Positions 51,701 to 64,000 of a stretch of DNA of 64,000 nt are shown in pieces. Below the pieces are notes generated by a model. It was not told the DNA's origin. It ran no database searches and saw nothing but the letters and a program-made list of their open reading frames with translations. Origin of the DNA: Pristiophorus japonicus (lineage: Eukaryota); NCBI RefSeq assembly GCF_044704955.1, contig NC_091987.1:26226001-26290000 (forward strand). The letters run 5' to 3'. Position 1 is the stretch's first letter, and every line of letters begins with the position of its first letter. The translations under genes and the position numbers were made by a program.

Positions 51701-51997
51701 CTCGGCTGCCTGGGTTCCTAAGCTCTGGAATTCCCTCCCTAAACCTCGTTACCTCTGTCTCCTCCTTTAAGATGCTCCTCAACAGCTAGCACCCTCTGCG
51801 TCACCCCTCCTAATATCTCCTTATGTGGCTCGCAATACCATGTTGAGTGATTTGCGCTCCTTGGGATAATTTTACTACTGCAGGTTAAATACACTATATA
51901 AATGCAAGCTGCTGTTTAATTACAAACTCATGTAGATCTGCGAATGGGAGGCTTGGTAAGATTTTGACCTGGAGGATCACTGGGTTGTACCTCTGTG

Positions 51998-52309
51998 ACA
52001 CCCACTAGCTGCACAGTAATAGGTCCCCTCGTCTTCTGTTTCAACCCCAGTTATGTGCAGGACAGTTTTTTATATAATTCCTCGTTGCTTGATACCGATC
52101 CGCGATGCCATTGTCTTTCTCTGTGTCCATGCTATAGATATAATAGTGCAAAAGCAGGCGAAAAACCTCAGCTGTCCTCTGTTGATACCAGTACATGCGC
52201 TCCAGCGATTGACTTTGTCGGCAATTTAGGCTCACGGCTCCTCCCGGTTCTGCAGACATTTCAGTTGGGAACTGAAAGATACGTTTTTCCGCATGAACCA
52301 TCGCGTCTG
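51998..52309 (-). pseudogene. TRBV: TRBV pseudogene V-exon (V-c, D-proximal), frameshifted
   Basis: IFQFP...VSLNC...MYWYQQ...RYQATR, then a frame change in an A6 run (52066-52071) to TVLHITGVETEDEGTYYCAASG. RSS CACAGAG-23-TCAAAATCT (51959-51997). Confidence 0.9.
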
Positions 52310-53499
52310 CTAAAGGAAAAGTTGAAATGAGTTTAATTAGAGGGAACCGACATGCTCTCAAAATAACCATGAGGACAATGGCGCTCACGGTTATTTATGC
52401 GCAAATGGCATCGAAACTTCATGCGATGGGCAAATGTGTGGTTCAATGCCAAATTCCAAAGCTTGCTGTCCGGGACACGCCACTCCGCTGTGAGCTTCGT
52501 AATAACATCATCTCGCTGTCAGGCTCACCGATGAACATAAGAAATAGGAGCATGAGTCGGCCACGAGCCTGCCCCACCATTCAATAAGATCATGGCTGAT
52601 ATGTACCTGAAATCCACTTTCCCGCCCGACCTCCATATTCCTTGATTTCCCTTGACTCCAAAAATCTATCCTTGAACACACTCAGAGGCTCAACATCCAC
52701 AGGAATTTGAGGAAGAGAATTCCAAAGCTTCACAATCCTCTGAGTGAAGAAATTCATCCTCATAAGGACATAAAAGCATAAGAAATGGGAGCAGGAGTTG
52801 GCTGTTCGGCCCCTCGAGACTGCTGCGCCATTTAGTAAGATCATGGCTGATCTTCTACCTCAACTTCACTTCCCTGCACTATCCCCATATCCCCATCACC
52901 TTGGTCCTAAATGTCAGACCACCTATCCTGAGACTGTGCCCCCTAGTCCTAGACTCTCCAACCACGGGAATCATCTTCTCAGCATCTACCCTGTCAATTC
53001 CCCTCAGAATATGATATGTTTCAATAAGATCACCTCTCAGTCATCTAAACTCCAAAGAGTATAGGCCCGTTCCACACAATGCCTCATCATAGGATAGCCC
53101 TCTCACCCCAGGATCAGCCCAGTGAAATTGAAGTTGCGCAATAGATAGGAACTAAACTCAACAGAGAAAACTTAAATTTGGATCTTAGACGCTTCAAAGA
53201 ACTGCTTTTATTCAGGATTTTAAAAGCGGGTTTTTTCGATCTTATTTGGCTACAAGGTTAGCAACATACGGGCAGAAAAATACCAATTGGTGCAACAAGC
53301 CTGCACCCTCCCCGCCCCGCTTCCCTCCACGATAATGGACGGGCCATCAGGATTAAATTCTAGGATAATGGGATAAATATGCTCGAGATCACCAGAGCCG
53401 GCAGGCACGTAGTTCAGTCCTGAACATTCTGTAAAACAGCAAAATATTTATGTAAAAAAGGAAGCTAATTAAATAGTTCCAGAGGACAAAATGACTTAC

Positions 53500-53545
53500 A
53501 AGGCAACAGTAAAATAATGATACAGAAGCCGGGATGCAGACTCGG
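53500..53545 (-). pseudogene. TRBV: Putative leader exon of V-c lacking ATG (xSLHPGFCIIILLLP)
   Basis: Hydrophobic 46-nt unit ending CCT T|GTAAGT like the other two leaders. There is no in-frame ATG before an upstream TAA. Confidence 0.62.
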
Positions 53546-56500
53546 TGTGCTGGTTTATTCTATTGCGTGATGCTTGTCCCAAATGGCGATATAGTATTCA
53601 CAATGCCTTCACATGTGAGGATCTCAAATACCTTATTCGGCTGATCATTTCCTCTTGTATTCTTATATGTCAGCCGTGGCTCAATGTGTAGGACCCTCGC
53701 TTCTGAGTCACAGGTTTGTGGGTTGAATCCCATTACACATATTTGAGCATAACATTTGGGCTGACAATCGCAGTGCAGTGCTGTGGGAGAGCTGTACTTT
53801 CACATGGGCAATATTAAGGGAGCGCTGCACTGTTAGAGGGCCAATACTGAGCGAGGGGCTGTAGGAGGAGCAATACTAAGACAGCGCAGAGCTGTCGGAG
53901 GCACAGTACTGGGGAAGTGCTGCATTGTTGATTGGGCAGTACTCAGCGAGCTCCGCACAGTTGCAGGTGGAAAACTGAGGGAGCGCTGTGCTGTCAGAAG
54001 GGTAGGACGGAGGGGGAAGATGCAGAAAGAATATTCCCGATGTTGGGGAAATCCAGAACCAGGGGCCATAGTCTAAGGATAAGGGGCAAGCTATATAGGA
54101 CCGAGATGAGGAGAACTTTTTCACCCAGAGAGTTGTGAACCTGTGGAATTCTCTGCCACAGAAAGTTGTTGAGTCCAGTTCGTTGGACATATTCAAAAGG
54201 GAGTTAGATGTGGCCCTTACGGCTAAAGGCATCAGGGGTATGGAGAGAAGGCTGGGGTGGGGTACTGAGGTTGCATGATCAGCCATGATCATATTGAATG
54301 GTGGTGCAGGCTTGAGGGGCCGAATGGCCTGCTCCTGCACCTATTTTCTATGTGTCTATGTTTCTATGGAACTGAAGTTTAGGAGGGACATTACTGAAGA
54401 AGTGCTGCACTATTAGAGGGGCACAACTGAGGAGGCGCTGCACTGTTAGATGTACAGTATTTTTAACGAGACATTCAAATGACGCTCCATCTGCCCTCTC
54501 AGGAGAAAATAATAGATCGCAAATTTGTGGACATGAAGGTAAACAAGGCGTATGGGGATCAGGCAGGATAGTGAAATTGAGGTAAACGATTCTCAAGATC
54601 TTAACAAAATCGTGGAAGGGCTCGATGGGCCATATGGACTACCCCTGCTTGTTTTTCTTATGTTCTTCTGGAAGTGACTCTCCCGTGACGTTCCACATGG
54701 TGCCATGAAATGTGTTCTTTTTTAAGGTGGCCTCTTTCACACCATACGGTCTAATGTTTTATCGTTGTCTATAGGCATAACTCTGTTTCCACCCTCAAAG
54801 GGTGGTGAACCTGTGGAATTCTCTACCACAGCAGGCTGTGGAGGCCAAGTCAATGCATATATTTAAGAGGGAGATAAATAGATTTCTAGAAACAAAAGGC
54901 ATCAAGAGGTATGGGGAAAAAGCGGGAATATAGTGTTGAGATAGAGGATGAGCAATGATCATATTGAACGGCGGTGCAAATTCGAGGGGCCCAATGGCCT
55001 ACTACTGCTCCTATTTTCTATGTTTCCATATTTAAATTGATCACCACGTCTAATTATTGTAAATCCTGAAACCAAGTACTCTTCTTGCGGGAAGTTTGTA
55101 TAGTTCAGTGCTTGAAATGTCCAGGCAATTAGCACTAATTATAATTGGAGCAGAAAAGGTGCAGGGGAGATTGATCAGAGCGTCTCAAAGTCACGAATTG
55201 TTTTAGTAAAGTAAAGAAGGTTAAACTGATTCTGTGGAATTAATGTCGGTAACTGGAGGATACAGATGTAAAGAATGTAGAAAGACTTGCATTTATATAG
55301 CGTCTTTCACGACCACCAGACGTTCCAAAGCGATTTACATCCAAAGAAGTAATTTTGGACTGTAGTCACTGATGTAATGTGGGAAACGCGGCAGCCAACT
55401 TGCGCACAGCAAGCTTGCACAAACAGCAATCTGATACTGACCAGATCAGCTGCTTTATCATGTTGATCGATGGATAAATATTGGCCAGAACACCGAGAAG
55501 AACTCTTCGAAAGAGTGCCATGGGATCGTTAACCCCAGCTGAGAGGGCCTCGGTCTCACACCTCATCCGAAAGACAGCACCTCTGACAGTGCAACGTTCC
55601 CTCAGCATTTCATTGGTGTGCCAGCCTAGATTTATGTGCTCACGTGCGTGGAAACGGTGTTGAACCCACAACCTTCTCACTTCAGAAGCGAGTGTGCTAC
55701 CCACTGACCCACAGCTGACACTGACGTGATTGGTAGAGCGGGGAGATGAGTAGAAATGTTGTTAACGCAGCGGATTATTATGGCCTGGAATGCATCGCCT
55801 GTAAGGGCGGTGTAAAAAGATTCACCCACAACAAGCAGTAGGGAATTGAATAAATAATAGAATTGGCAACATTCTGGCCTTTGATGAATGGGCAGACTCG
55901 TGGGAATAATTGGATAGATCCTTGAAAGAGCTGACACAGCCACTATGGGCCGAATGGCCTCCGTTTGAGCTGTATCCTTCCATGATTGTATCTGTCGATG
56001 TAGCCTGGAAGAGACCAACTTGATATCATTCCTTTTATTCTTGGACCTGACAAGATGTAAGAACAGAAATAAATAATGCATAGGAGGTGGAGCAGGCCAG
56101 TTTACATTCGAGCCTGCTCTGCCATTCAACAGATTATTTTATTTTTTCATTCAAGAGATGTGGGTGTCACTGGAAAGCCCAGCATTTTATGCCCATCCCT
56201 AACTTCCCCTGAGAAGGCCGTAGCGAGCTACCATTTCTGAGGGCACTTAAGATTAACAACATTGCTGTGGGTCTGGCATAAGATGTAGGCCAGACCGGTA
56301 AGGATGGCAAATGTCCTTGCCACACGGACACCAGTGTACTAGATGGGTGTTAAGGATAAACCAGTAGTTTCATGGGCACTATTACTGATGCTAGCTTTTT
56401 ATTACAGATTTATTAATTAATTGCGTTTTTAAATTTCACAGCTGCCGTTGTGGAATTTGAACGCTTTTCCCTGGATCTTTATTCCAGGCCGCTAGCTTTT

Positions 56501-57584
56501 ATTGCACATCCCTATATGCTCTTGAGAATGAGGTGGTGAGCCTTCTTGAACCCATAAAGTCCGTGTGGGGAAGGTGCTCCCACATTGCTGTTAGGGAGGG
56601 AGTTCCAGAATTTTGCCCCAGTGACGAGGAAGGAACGCCATAATCTTCCTAAGTCAGCATGGTGTGTGACCTAAAGTGGAACTTGTAGGTGATAGGGTTC
56701 CCATACGCCTGTTGCCCTTGTCTTTCTAGGTGGTGGGGGCTGGGGGGTGGGGAGGGGGGGCGGTTTGGACGTGCTGTGAAGAAATCTTGGCAAGTTGCTG
56801 CAGTTCATATAGATGTTGCACTCAGCAGCCACGGTGCACCGGTGGTGGAGGGTATGAATGATTAAGGTAGTCGATGGGATGACAATCAAGCAGACTGCTT
56901 TGTCCCGGATGGTGTCGAACCTCCTGAGTGTTGTTGGAGCAGCACTCCAAGTCAACAACTCAATTATTGTTGTATCATGCGCTTACCAGGATGTTGAAAA
57001 GTGAACTAGATGGACCATGGTCTTTGTGCTTCAAGCGATTCCTTTCTTCTAAGGGGCTCCAAGAATGCAGCTCTCTATATTACTGTGCTGAAGTGGGCAG
57101 CGAGATTCTGCGCTGAAGTCGTAGCTCCGACCCATGATAGGTTTTTTCAGGGTGAGGATTGCTGAGACAAGCTGACAAAATCTTACACTTAAGTTTCATC
57201 GTGACACCAGCGAACGTCTCAGTCAACTCGTTGAATGCTTCACTATTTGGGCAAAATTAAAGCTGAACGTTTGGCTCCAGTGTCTCGAAGCTTGTTATGA
57301 ATGGGTCCCAGAACATGATAGGAAGTTCATTATAGGAAGGGCGGAACAGCAAAGGGGAAAAAGCAATCTTCATTCACTTTGTGCCAGCTGTGACTGTGAA
57401 TATCGCACTACCTTTATGGATTTTCACTAGATTAGCCAAGAGAGGTCTTCCTGTGTATAACAAGAGTGATGATGAGTTAAGTAGGAGTAGATTTTTTTCA
57501 ACGGTTAACCAGATGATTAAGATTCGGCAAACAATTAAGTTATCAAACAAATTTTAAGCTGATATCAAGCGTCATGGGATAATG

Positions 57585-57664
<80 letters not shown>

Positions 57665-57680
57665 CATCTATCTAGCTATC
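57585..57680 (+). repeat. (TATC)n microsatellite
   Basis: More than 18 near-perfect units. Confidence 0.97.
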
Positions 57681-58371
57681 TGCCAACATTTATACCTCAA
57701 TCAACATAACTCAAAAAGATTATCTGGTCATTATCACATTGCTGTTTGAGGGAGCTTTGCTATTTGCAAATTCGATGACACTTTTCCTACATTACAGTAG
57801 TAACTACACGTCATAAAGTACTTCATTGGCTGTAAAGACGTCCGGTGGTCACGAAAGGTGGTGTATAAACGCAAGTCTTTCTTTATTACCTAACAGGGCG
57901 GATAGCAAGGTATCTTGGCAGAGAGGACGAAAACCAGGGCTATAGATTTTAAGTAATTGATAGGAGGTTTGGAGGGGAGATGAGGAAATCGTTTCTTCAC
58001 CCAGAGAGTTGTGGGGGTCTGGAACTCACTGCCTGAAAAAAACCCTCATCACATGTAGAAAAGCACTTGGATCAGCACTTGAAGTGCCATAACCTGCAGG
58101 ATTACAGACCAATAACTCGAAAGTGCGATTAGACTGGTTAGCTCTTTTTCGGCTGCCGCAGACATGATGGTCAGAATGGCCTCCCTACGTGCCATTAACT
58201 TCTATGATTCCATGTTTTGAAGCGGAAACAGACAGACATAGAAATACAGAGAATACCAGAACATGTCAGCCCATGTGACCTCAAAGAGACAAACAGAAGG
58301 CGGTGGCCACAGCAATAACCCTCGGAGGTTATTGTCAATGTGCGGAAAGGATTGAAAGCAGTGTCAGTGTG

Positions 58372-58677
58372 CTCCATCACTAGCGCTGCAGTAATACATC
58401 GCTGCGTGGCCCAGACCTACAGTCGGAATTTTCAGCTGGCACGTTTTCAGGTCGAATCTCTCGAGCTCGAATCCCGTCCTGAACCCTTCCTCGAATGTCG
58501 TTTCATTCCCAGTCACGTCCATCAGCACAAGCTGGAGACCTGCCCCTTGGTGCTGACGGCACCAGGGCATTCTAATGGACTCGGTGTCATTCTGATAACA
58601 GATGAACGTTGCTTCGTTCCCTCGTCCTGCAGTCAGTTCTCTGGGAAATTGAGAGATTACAACGCACCAGCAGCAGT
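58372..58677 (-). pseudogene. TRBV: TRBV V-exon (V-b), open but disabled gene
   Basis: ISQFP...TFICYQ...WCRQ...HAAMYYCSASDG. The RSS spacer is 29 bp and the leader has a stop. Confidence 0.88.
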
Positions 58678-58741
58678 CTGAAATGCGAAACAAGATACAG
58701 GAATCAGTTAGAGTAGCAATATCACGAGATTCGGGTGCACT

Positions 58742-59025
58742 CATCATCATCATAGGCGGTCACTCGTATGGAAGATGACTTGCTTCCACGCCAAAAAGAA
58801 TGAATTCGTAGGTGTGTCAATGAAGGTCCTAGTATTCCAGGTCCAGAACTACATGCTGAAGGTTGGAAGATGCCTGTGCGTGGATTTTTTTAACATGCGG
58901 TGGCCGTTGCACACCAGCCACCACACGGGCTTGACAAAGCTAGGTCTTGGTCTAGTGGCAAGCATTAACCAGGACGAATGGAAACCAGCTCTGCTGCACG
59001 GACCTAGTGCACGCACATGTCGCTG
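58742..59025 (-). mobile_element. SINE-like element with RTE-type 3' tail in the V-b intron
   Basis: Ends in ...cctatgatgatgatg like the RTE copies, but the body is non-coding and different. Confidence 0.55.
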
Positions 59026-59611
59026 AGTCGGGTGCAGTACAGCTCCAGTGTATCACAATGCTATTTTCAAATGAATATAATGTATGGAATCATATAGCAC
59101 ATCATAATAATTAGTTAATCAGCTAACACAAAGGGGTCCACCCATTTCAACCAAGCGAAAGGCACAACAGTAAATCCCCTAATTGGTCTCACCAGCATTT
59201 CTCTGAATCTGAGCATTCCTGCGTGAGACTCTGAGAACGATATATGACAGGAAAAGGCCACTCGACCCACACTGGCAGTGCCTGCTTTCTGAAAGAGCTA
59301 GTCAATTCGGTCCACTCCTACTCTTCCCCACAGCACTGCAAATATTTCCTTTTTAATTAGAGATCTGATAACGCTTCAAAACTATCACTGTAGTGACGTG
59401 GTGTAACTAACAGTAAAGTTAAAGATAAACATCTATCACTCTTAGAGGTCTGAAATATAAACAAACAACGGCATTGAGCATTAATGACCAAGTCGTCTGT
59501 CTTCAATGGAATTTGAAATCATTAATGATGCAATTCTTAGTCAGGGAATTACTTAAATTTTGCAGCCAGTAAACCAATGCCTTATTCAATCGGAGGGACT
59601 GATATACTTAC

Positions 59612-59657
59612 ATGGACTGCGCAGAACAAAAGCAAAGAGTATAGCAATCGATCACAT
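59612..59657 (-). pseudogene. TRBV: Leader exon of V-b with stop at codon 2 (M*SIAILFAFVLRSP)
   Basis: 46 nt, phase-1 GTAAGT donor, LFAF core shared with the V-a leader, ATG TGA. Confidence 0.75.
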
Positions 59658-59772
59658 TTTAGATACCCCACACGCATATATATAATATATACATATAGTG
59701 TTACACGATCTCATAATAAGGCACGAATGTTGAAGACTGCATCAAGTTTCCATTCAAATAAAGGGCGTTGGG

Positions 59773-59786
59773 AGGAAATTGCGTCA
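59773..59786. promoter_or_regulatory. V-b promoter: ETS + CRE-like composite
   Basis: AGGAAATTGCGTCA about 120 bp upstream of the ATG, same architecture as V-a. Confidence 0.5.
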
Positions 59787-60794
59787 TATTAGTCTCAACC
59801 GGTAACAGATAGGTGTAGAATACATACGGGAAACATCAGAACGAGAGTGGGCAACGTGCTACTAACATAGAATAGCAAAGCATTTACAGCACACAACCAG
59901 GCCATTCGGCGCAACATGATGACGTTTGTGCCTTCATGTATCACTCTGAATCTAATACGCCCAACTGATGCCTTGCTGCGTCGCATATGTAGATAGGTTT
60001 TCGTAAAATACATGTATAGTATTCCCTCAGCCACTCCATACTGTAGAGGGTCCCACGTTTCAATTCTGGGTGGGTAAAGAAGTTTCTCCTGAAATCCCTA
60101 TTGGTGGCTATCTTATAGCTATGGACCCTAAGTTTAGATTCCCGCAAAAATGGAGACATTTTCTCCATGTCTACTCTTTCATATCTGCTTTATAACGTTA
60201 AAGATCTCAATCATGTGATTAATCTAGTCGCAGGACGTGGGCGTGGCTGGCAAGGCTGGCATTTATTGCCCATTCCCAATTGCCCTTGAGAAGGTGGTGG
60301 TGAGCTGCCTTCTTGAACCGCTGCAGTCCGTGTGGTGAAGGTGCTCACACAGTGCTCTTAGGTAGAGAGCACTAGGATATTGACCCTGCGACAATGAAGG
60401 AATGCCCGATTTATTTCGAAGTCAGGATGGTGTGTGACTTGGAGAGGAACTTGGAGGTGGTGGTGTTCCCCTGCGCCTGCTGCCCTGGTCCTTCGAAGTG
60501 TTGGAGGTCACGTGTTTGGGAGATTTTAAAAATAACTGCATTCAAATTCTCAAAGTGCTGTGGTGGCATTAGAAGTCACCTTCTCCAGATTATTGTAGCT
60601 AGCCTGTTGGATTGCTACTGCAGTAATAGACCAGCTGCTTCCCGCAAAGTGATAAACTTCAAGCTGTCAGTAAGCGTGTGGAGCCGAGGTACAACCGAGC
60701 AGCTAGATGACATATAATGGTTTCCAGCGACAATATGCAACAGGAATAGGAACAGATCAAAAGTGAAGCTTGGGATAAACCCCAGCAGATCATT

Positions 60795-61020
60795 CCCTCC
60801 CTTCTTCCTTACTTCCTTCCTTTCTTCCTTTCTTTCTTTTTTTTCTTTCTTTCTCTCTTTCAGTCTTTCTTTTTTTAGCATATTTCTTTCGTTCTATTCT
60901 TCTTTCTTCTAACCTTCTATCTTTCATTCCCTTTTTCCTTCTTCCCTTCTTTCATTCTACACTTTTTTCATTCTTTATTTCGTTCTTTCTTATTTTCTTT
61001 CTCTCTTTATTTCCCTCTCC
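60795..61020 (+). repeat. Pyrimidine-rich degenerate (TTTC/TTCC)n tract
   Basis: Low-complexity CT tract next to the V-a RSS. Confidence 0.85.
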
Positions 61021-61163
61021 ATCAATCCCCGTGATTTTTGTCTGGAGTTGACGGACACCTATGCACATGACGCAATCAGTTTGTAACCGATTGTGTCGGG
61101 AAATTATTATTTTTTCACTGCAACAGTTTTTGTCAAGGCAATGAACCAGTCTGCAGCGCTGTG

Positions 61164-61472
61164 GCCCATCACTGGCGGCACAGTAATACACAGCTGAATC
61201 TGCCGGTTCAACGCTGTCGAGCTTCAGACTGGACTTCTTATCATTCATTGTTCGAGTGATGGTAAATCCTTTCTTAAAATCATTCTCATATTCATTTCCA
61301 TCTTCCCCATAAGAATACCCTATTAACACGAGTCCAGCTCGGGCTGATTGCCGATACCAGTACATGTAGGATCGAGCACTATCATTCTGAAAGCAATTTA
61401 ATTCGACCGCTCCTTGCCGTTCAACGGCAATCAATCCGGGCCACTGATGCAAGACATCACCCGTTGTAGAGA
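61164..61472 (-). CDS. TRBV: TRBV V-exon, apparently functional (V-a)
   Basis: STTGDVLHQWP...VELNCFQ...MYWYRQ...DSAVYYCAASDG. cag acceptor. RSS CACAGCG-23-ACAAAAACT (61125-61163). Confidence 0.95.
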
Positions 61473-62167
61473 CTGAAAAACAGATATGGGGAGGAATTAA
61501 GGAAATTTGAACTTTTCTAAGTTTAGTCATAATTGTAATATGGGAAGCGCAGTGGGTAATATGTGCACCGCAATTTCCCACAAATAGAAACATAATAATG
61601 ACTAGTCAATCTGCTTTTTTTTATTAATATTAGTTAAGGGATAAATATTGGCCCACGACAGCGGTGAGATGACACCCCGCCCTTCTCTTTTTCAAATAAT
61701 GTCAGTGTGATTTGTTACATCAACCGGAGAGAGTAGATGGGGACTCAGTTCAACAAACTGCACCTCAGCACTGCACTGAAACCTCAACCTCGATGGGTGC
61801 GCTCAAGTCTTTGGAATAGGACCGAAACCCACAACCTTCTGACTCAGAGGTAATATACCTATATTAATCAGCGATATTTTACTTGCAATAACCAGTAAAG
61901 GCAAATAGAGATAAATGCAATGGTAAGTTACAATCATAATACCCAAATAAGTGAAGAATATTGAAAGCGACGTGGACGAAGTATTATCAGGCAGAATATA
62001 TACTGGTTATATAAACAATTAGCAGTATATACAAATCTCAATAGCTATTTATATATTAAGGCTAACTTAAAGGGTAAAATGATTGGTTGACTTTACATAC
62101 AGTGCACTAAGAAGTTAACGAAAGTGAGATTACATAGAAGAAGACGAGAGATTTGACGTTAGCTCAC

Positions 62168-62213
62168 ATGGCATCAGCAATGTAAAGGCAAAGAGCAAGA
62201 CTTTCAATGTCAT
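62168..62213 (-). CDS. TRBV: Leader exon of V-a (MTLKVLLFAFTLLMP)
   Basis: ATG, hydrophobic core, 46 nt, phase-1 GTGAGC donor in frame with the V exon. Confidence 0.88.
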
Positions 62214-62310
62214 CCTTCTGGGGGATCCGAAGATAGAGTCTGTCAGCCTGAGAATCATACGGAAAGTGCCGCCGATTGCTGAGCAGAGCCTGAAAAGTAT
62301 AACGCTCTGG

Positions 62311-62360
62311 CAGGAAATGATGTCACGAATGCGACTGTCTGAAAGCCACGCGGCGGAAGT
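62311..62360. promoter_or_regulatory. V-a promoter: ETS + CRE-like decamer
   Basis: CAGGAAATGATGTCA about 100 bp upstream of the ATG (9/10 to the TRBV decamer AGTGAYRTCA), with a second ETS core GCGGAAGT. Confidence 0.55.
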
Positions 62361-63314
62361 CAACAATAATTGCACAGGATTGAGTCAAACACTTAGATTA
62401 GATCGGCTTTTGATGCACGGCTGGCTGAGAGTGAAGAGTTGGTGGCCATTGTATCTCCTTGATTGTCCGGATGTAATTAAGGTTTTCGGACCCGTCTTCT
62501 CACTTTCTTACTGATCTACATTCCGAAGCAAACTGAAGATCATATCTCAGATGCACGCACCCACAAGACATGTGTGTGGAATTCACGGGGTAGAGTGCAC
62601 GTGAGGGTCAACAGTTTATTGGCCTATCGAAGGACAGTGCTGGTGATACCGAATAAATACTATCCTAGAGAAGCACTCTATTGGCACATATCGACTCTAG
62701 AGATGATTGTTAACTGCGCAGTGAGGAATAGTTTATAATATGAGAGGAAACTAGCGTAAATTAGTGTAGCCACTATTAATGGATATTTAAATAGGTGGAA
62801 ACGGATTCAATAGCGTCTTTCAATAGAGAATGGGAAAAATATTTGAAGGGGAAAAATTCAGGGCTGTGGGTAAAGGGCAGGGTCGTAGGAATAATTGGAT
62901 AGTTCTTTGAAAGAGCCGACACGGCCACGATGGGCCAAATGGCCTCCCTTTGTGCTTCTTTGCTTCTATGATGCGATATATGTTGGAAAACTTTAACCTA
63001 AAATCATTGCTTTTAAAAATAAATTGGGCTGGAGAGCATGAAGGTTAGGTATTCCCTCTACGGATACATTCACGCTGCAATTACTGTTCCAGTCATTGCT
63101 CTAGAACATTAACTGCCCTGGATAAATGTTGTGTCACGAAGATGGGGAATTCCCAAATATTGTGTCAAATGCGCTGCGATGGTTATCATCTGAAAAGGCC
63201 TAAGTTAAACAGAATATATGAAAGTATTTCAGGGAGCGAGTTTCCAATCGATGGAACTGCCTCCCCGGCGAGAATTGCGGGAGCGGGTTGTAGAATGTAT
63301 TGATTCCTATAAAA

Positions 63315-63680
63315 ATGAATCAGATTTCAACTATCCTAATATTAACTGGGGCAAAGTTAGTGTGAAGTGTTCAGAGGGTGCAGATTACCTAAAATGAATT
63401 CAGGACAAACGTTTTTAACCAGCATGTAGTAAGCCCAACACGTCAGAGGGCGGTTCTGGACTTAGTTTTAGGGAATGAAGCTGGGCAGGTAGAAGAAGCA
63501 TCAATGGGTGAGCATTTAGGTGCTAATGACCATAATTCAGTTAGATTTAAAGTGGTTATGGAATAGGACTAGGATAGACGAGGAAATAAAGTTCTAAATT
63601 GGAGAAAAGCCAATTTTGCGAAGTTGAGAGGTAATTTAGCAATAGTGAACTGGAAACTGCTACGTGAAGATAAATCAGCG
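63315..63680 (+). mobile_element. CR1 LINE endonuclease-region fragment
   Basis: DFNYPNINW...AVLDLVLGNE...HLGANDHN-like sequence. It is followed by a minus-strand CR1 fragment to the window end. Confidence 0.72.
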
Positions 63681-64000
63681 GCAGGTTGCTAATCTGCTGG
63701 GACATCCTCAGAATCCAGGGAAATTAAGTAAATTATAACCAATGCATCCACTATCCCTGCCGCTACTTATCTTAAGAACCTAGGATGCAAGCCATTGGGT
63801 TCAGGGGATTTAACCGCCTTTAGTCCCATTATCTTTGGAATACCACCTCCTTAGTCACTATGACTGTGCTAAGTTCATCGCCCATCCCCTATAGCCCCTT
63901 GACTATTTTGGAATATTTTGAATGTCCTCTACCTTAAAGACTGATACAAAATACCTGTTCAGAGATTCTGCCGACTTCATGTTCCCCATCACTAATTCCC

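Noticed and set aside
56928-57116. Plus-strand ORF ending SSLYYCAEVG, suggestive of an inverted V gene
   Set aside because: There is no upstream Cys or WYxQ, no RSS follows, and the 5' part is repeat-derived. The opposite-strand CACAGTA has no nonamer at 23 bp.
61883-61937. Alternative leader for V-a (MIVTYHCIYLYLPLLVIA)
   Set aside because: Weak donor (GTAAAA). The exon at 62168-62213 has canonical length, a better donor and adjacent promoter motifs.

Overview
Eukaryotic DNA from a cartilaginous fish (shark-type CR1, DeuSINE, RTE and L2 repeats). It carries the 3' part of a T-cell receptor beta (TRB) locus on the minus strand. In transcription order (high to low coordinates) there are three V genes with separate 46-nt leader exons (one intact, two disabled) and one D (GGGACAGGGGGGGG) flanked by 12- and 23-spacer RSSs. 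Then come 19 J segments with 12-RSSs spread over 21.7-44.1 kb, several of them defective or non-canonical, and a four-exon TRBC gene (Ig domain, Cys hinge, TM, ASYSKRFD tail). TRBC intron 3 is inflated by nested insertions, including a decayed full-length Mag-type Gypsy LTR element with TG...TA ends. The most unexpected element is a 141-bp poly(A)-tailed retroposon with a 15-bp target-site duplication between D and the first J, built from U2 snRNA 3' and 5' sequence (candidate SINEU-like family). A 377-N gap sits just 5' of D. J numbering (J1-J19 from the D side) and V labels are mine, not official nomenclature.
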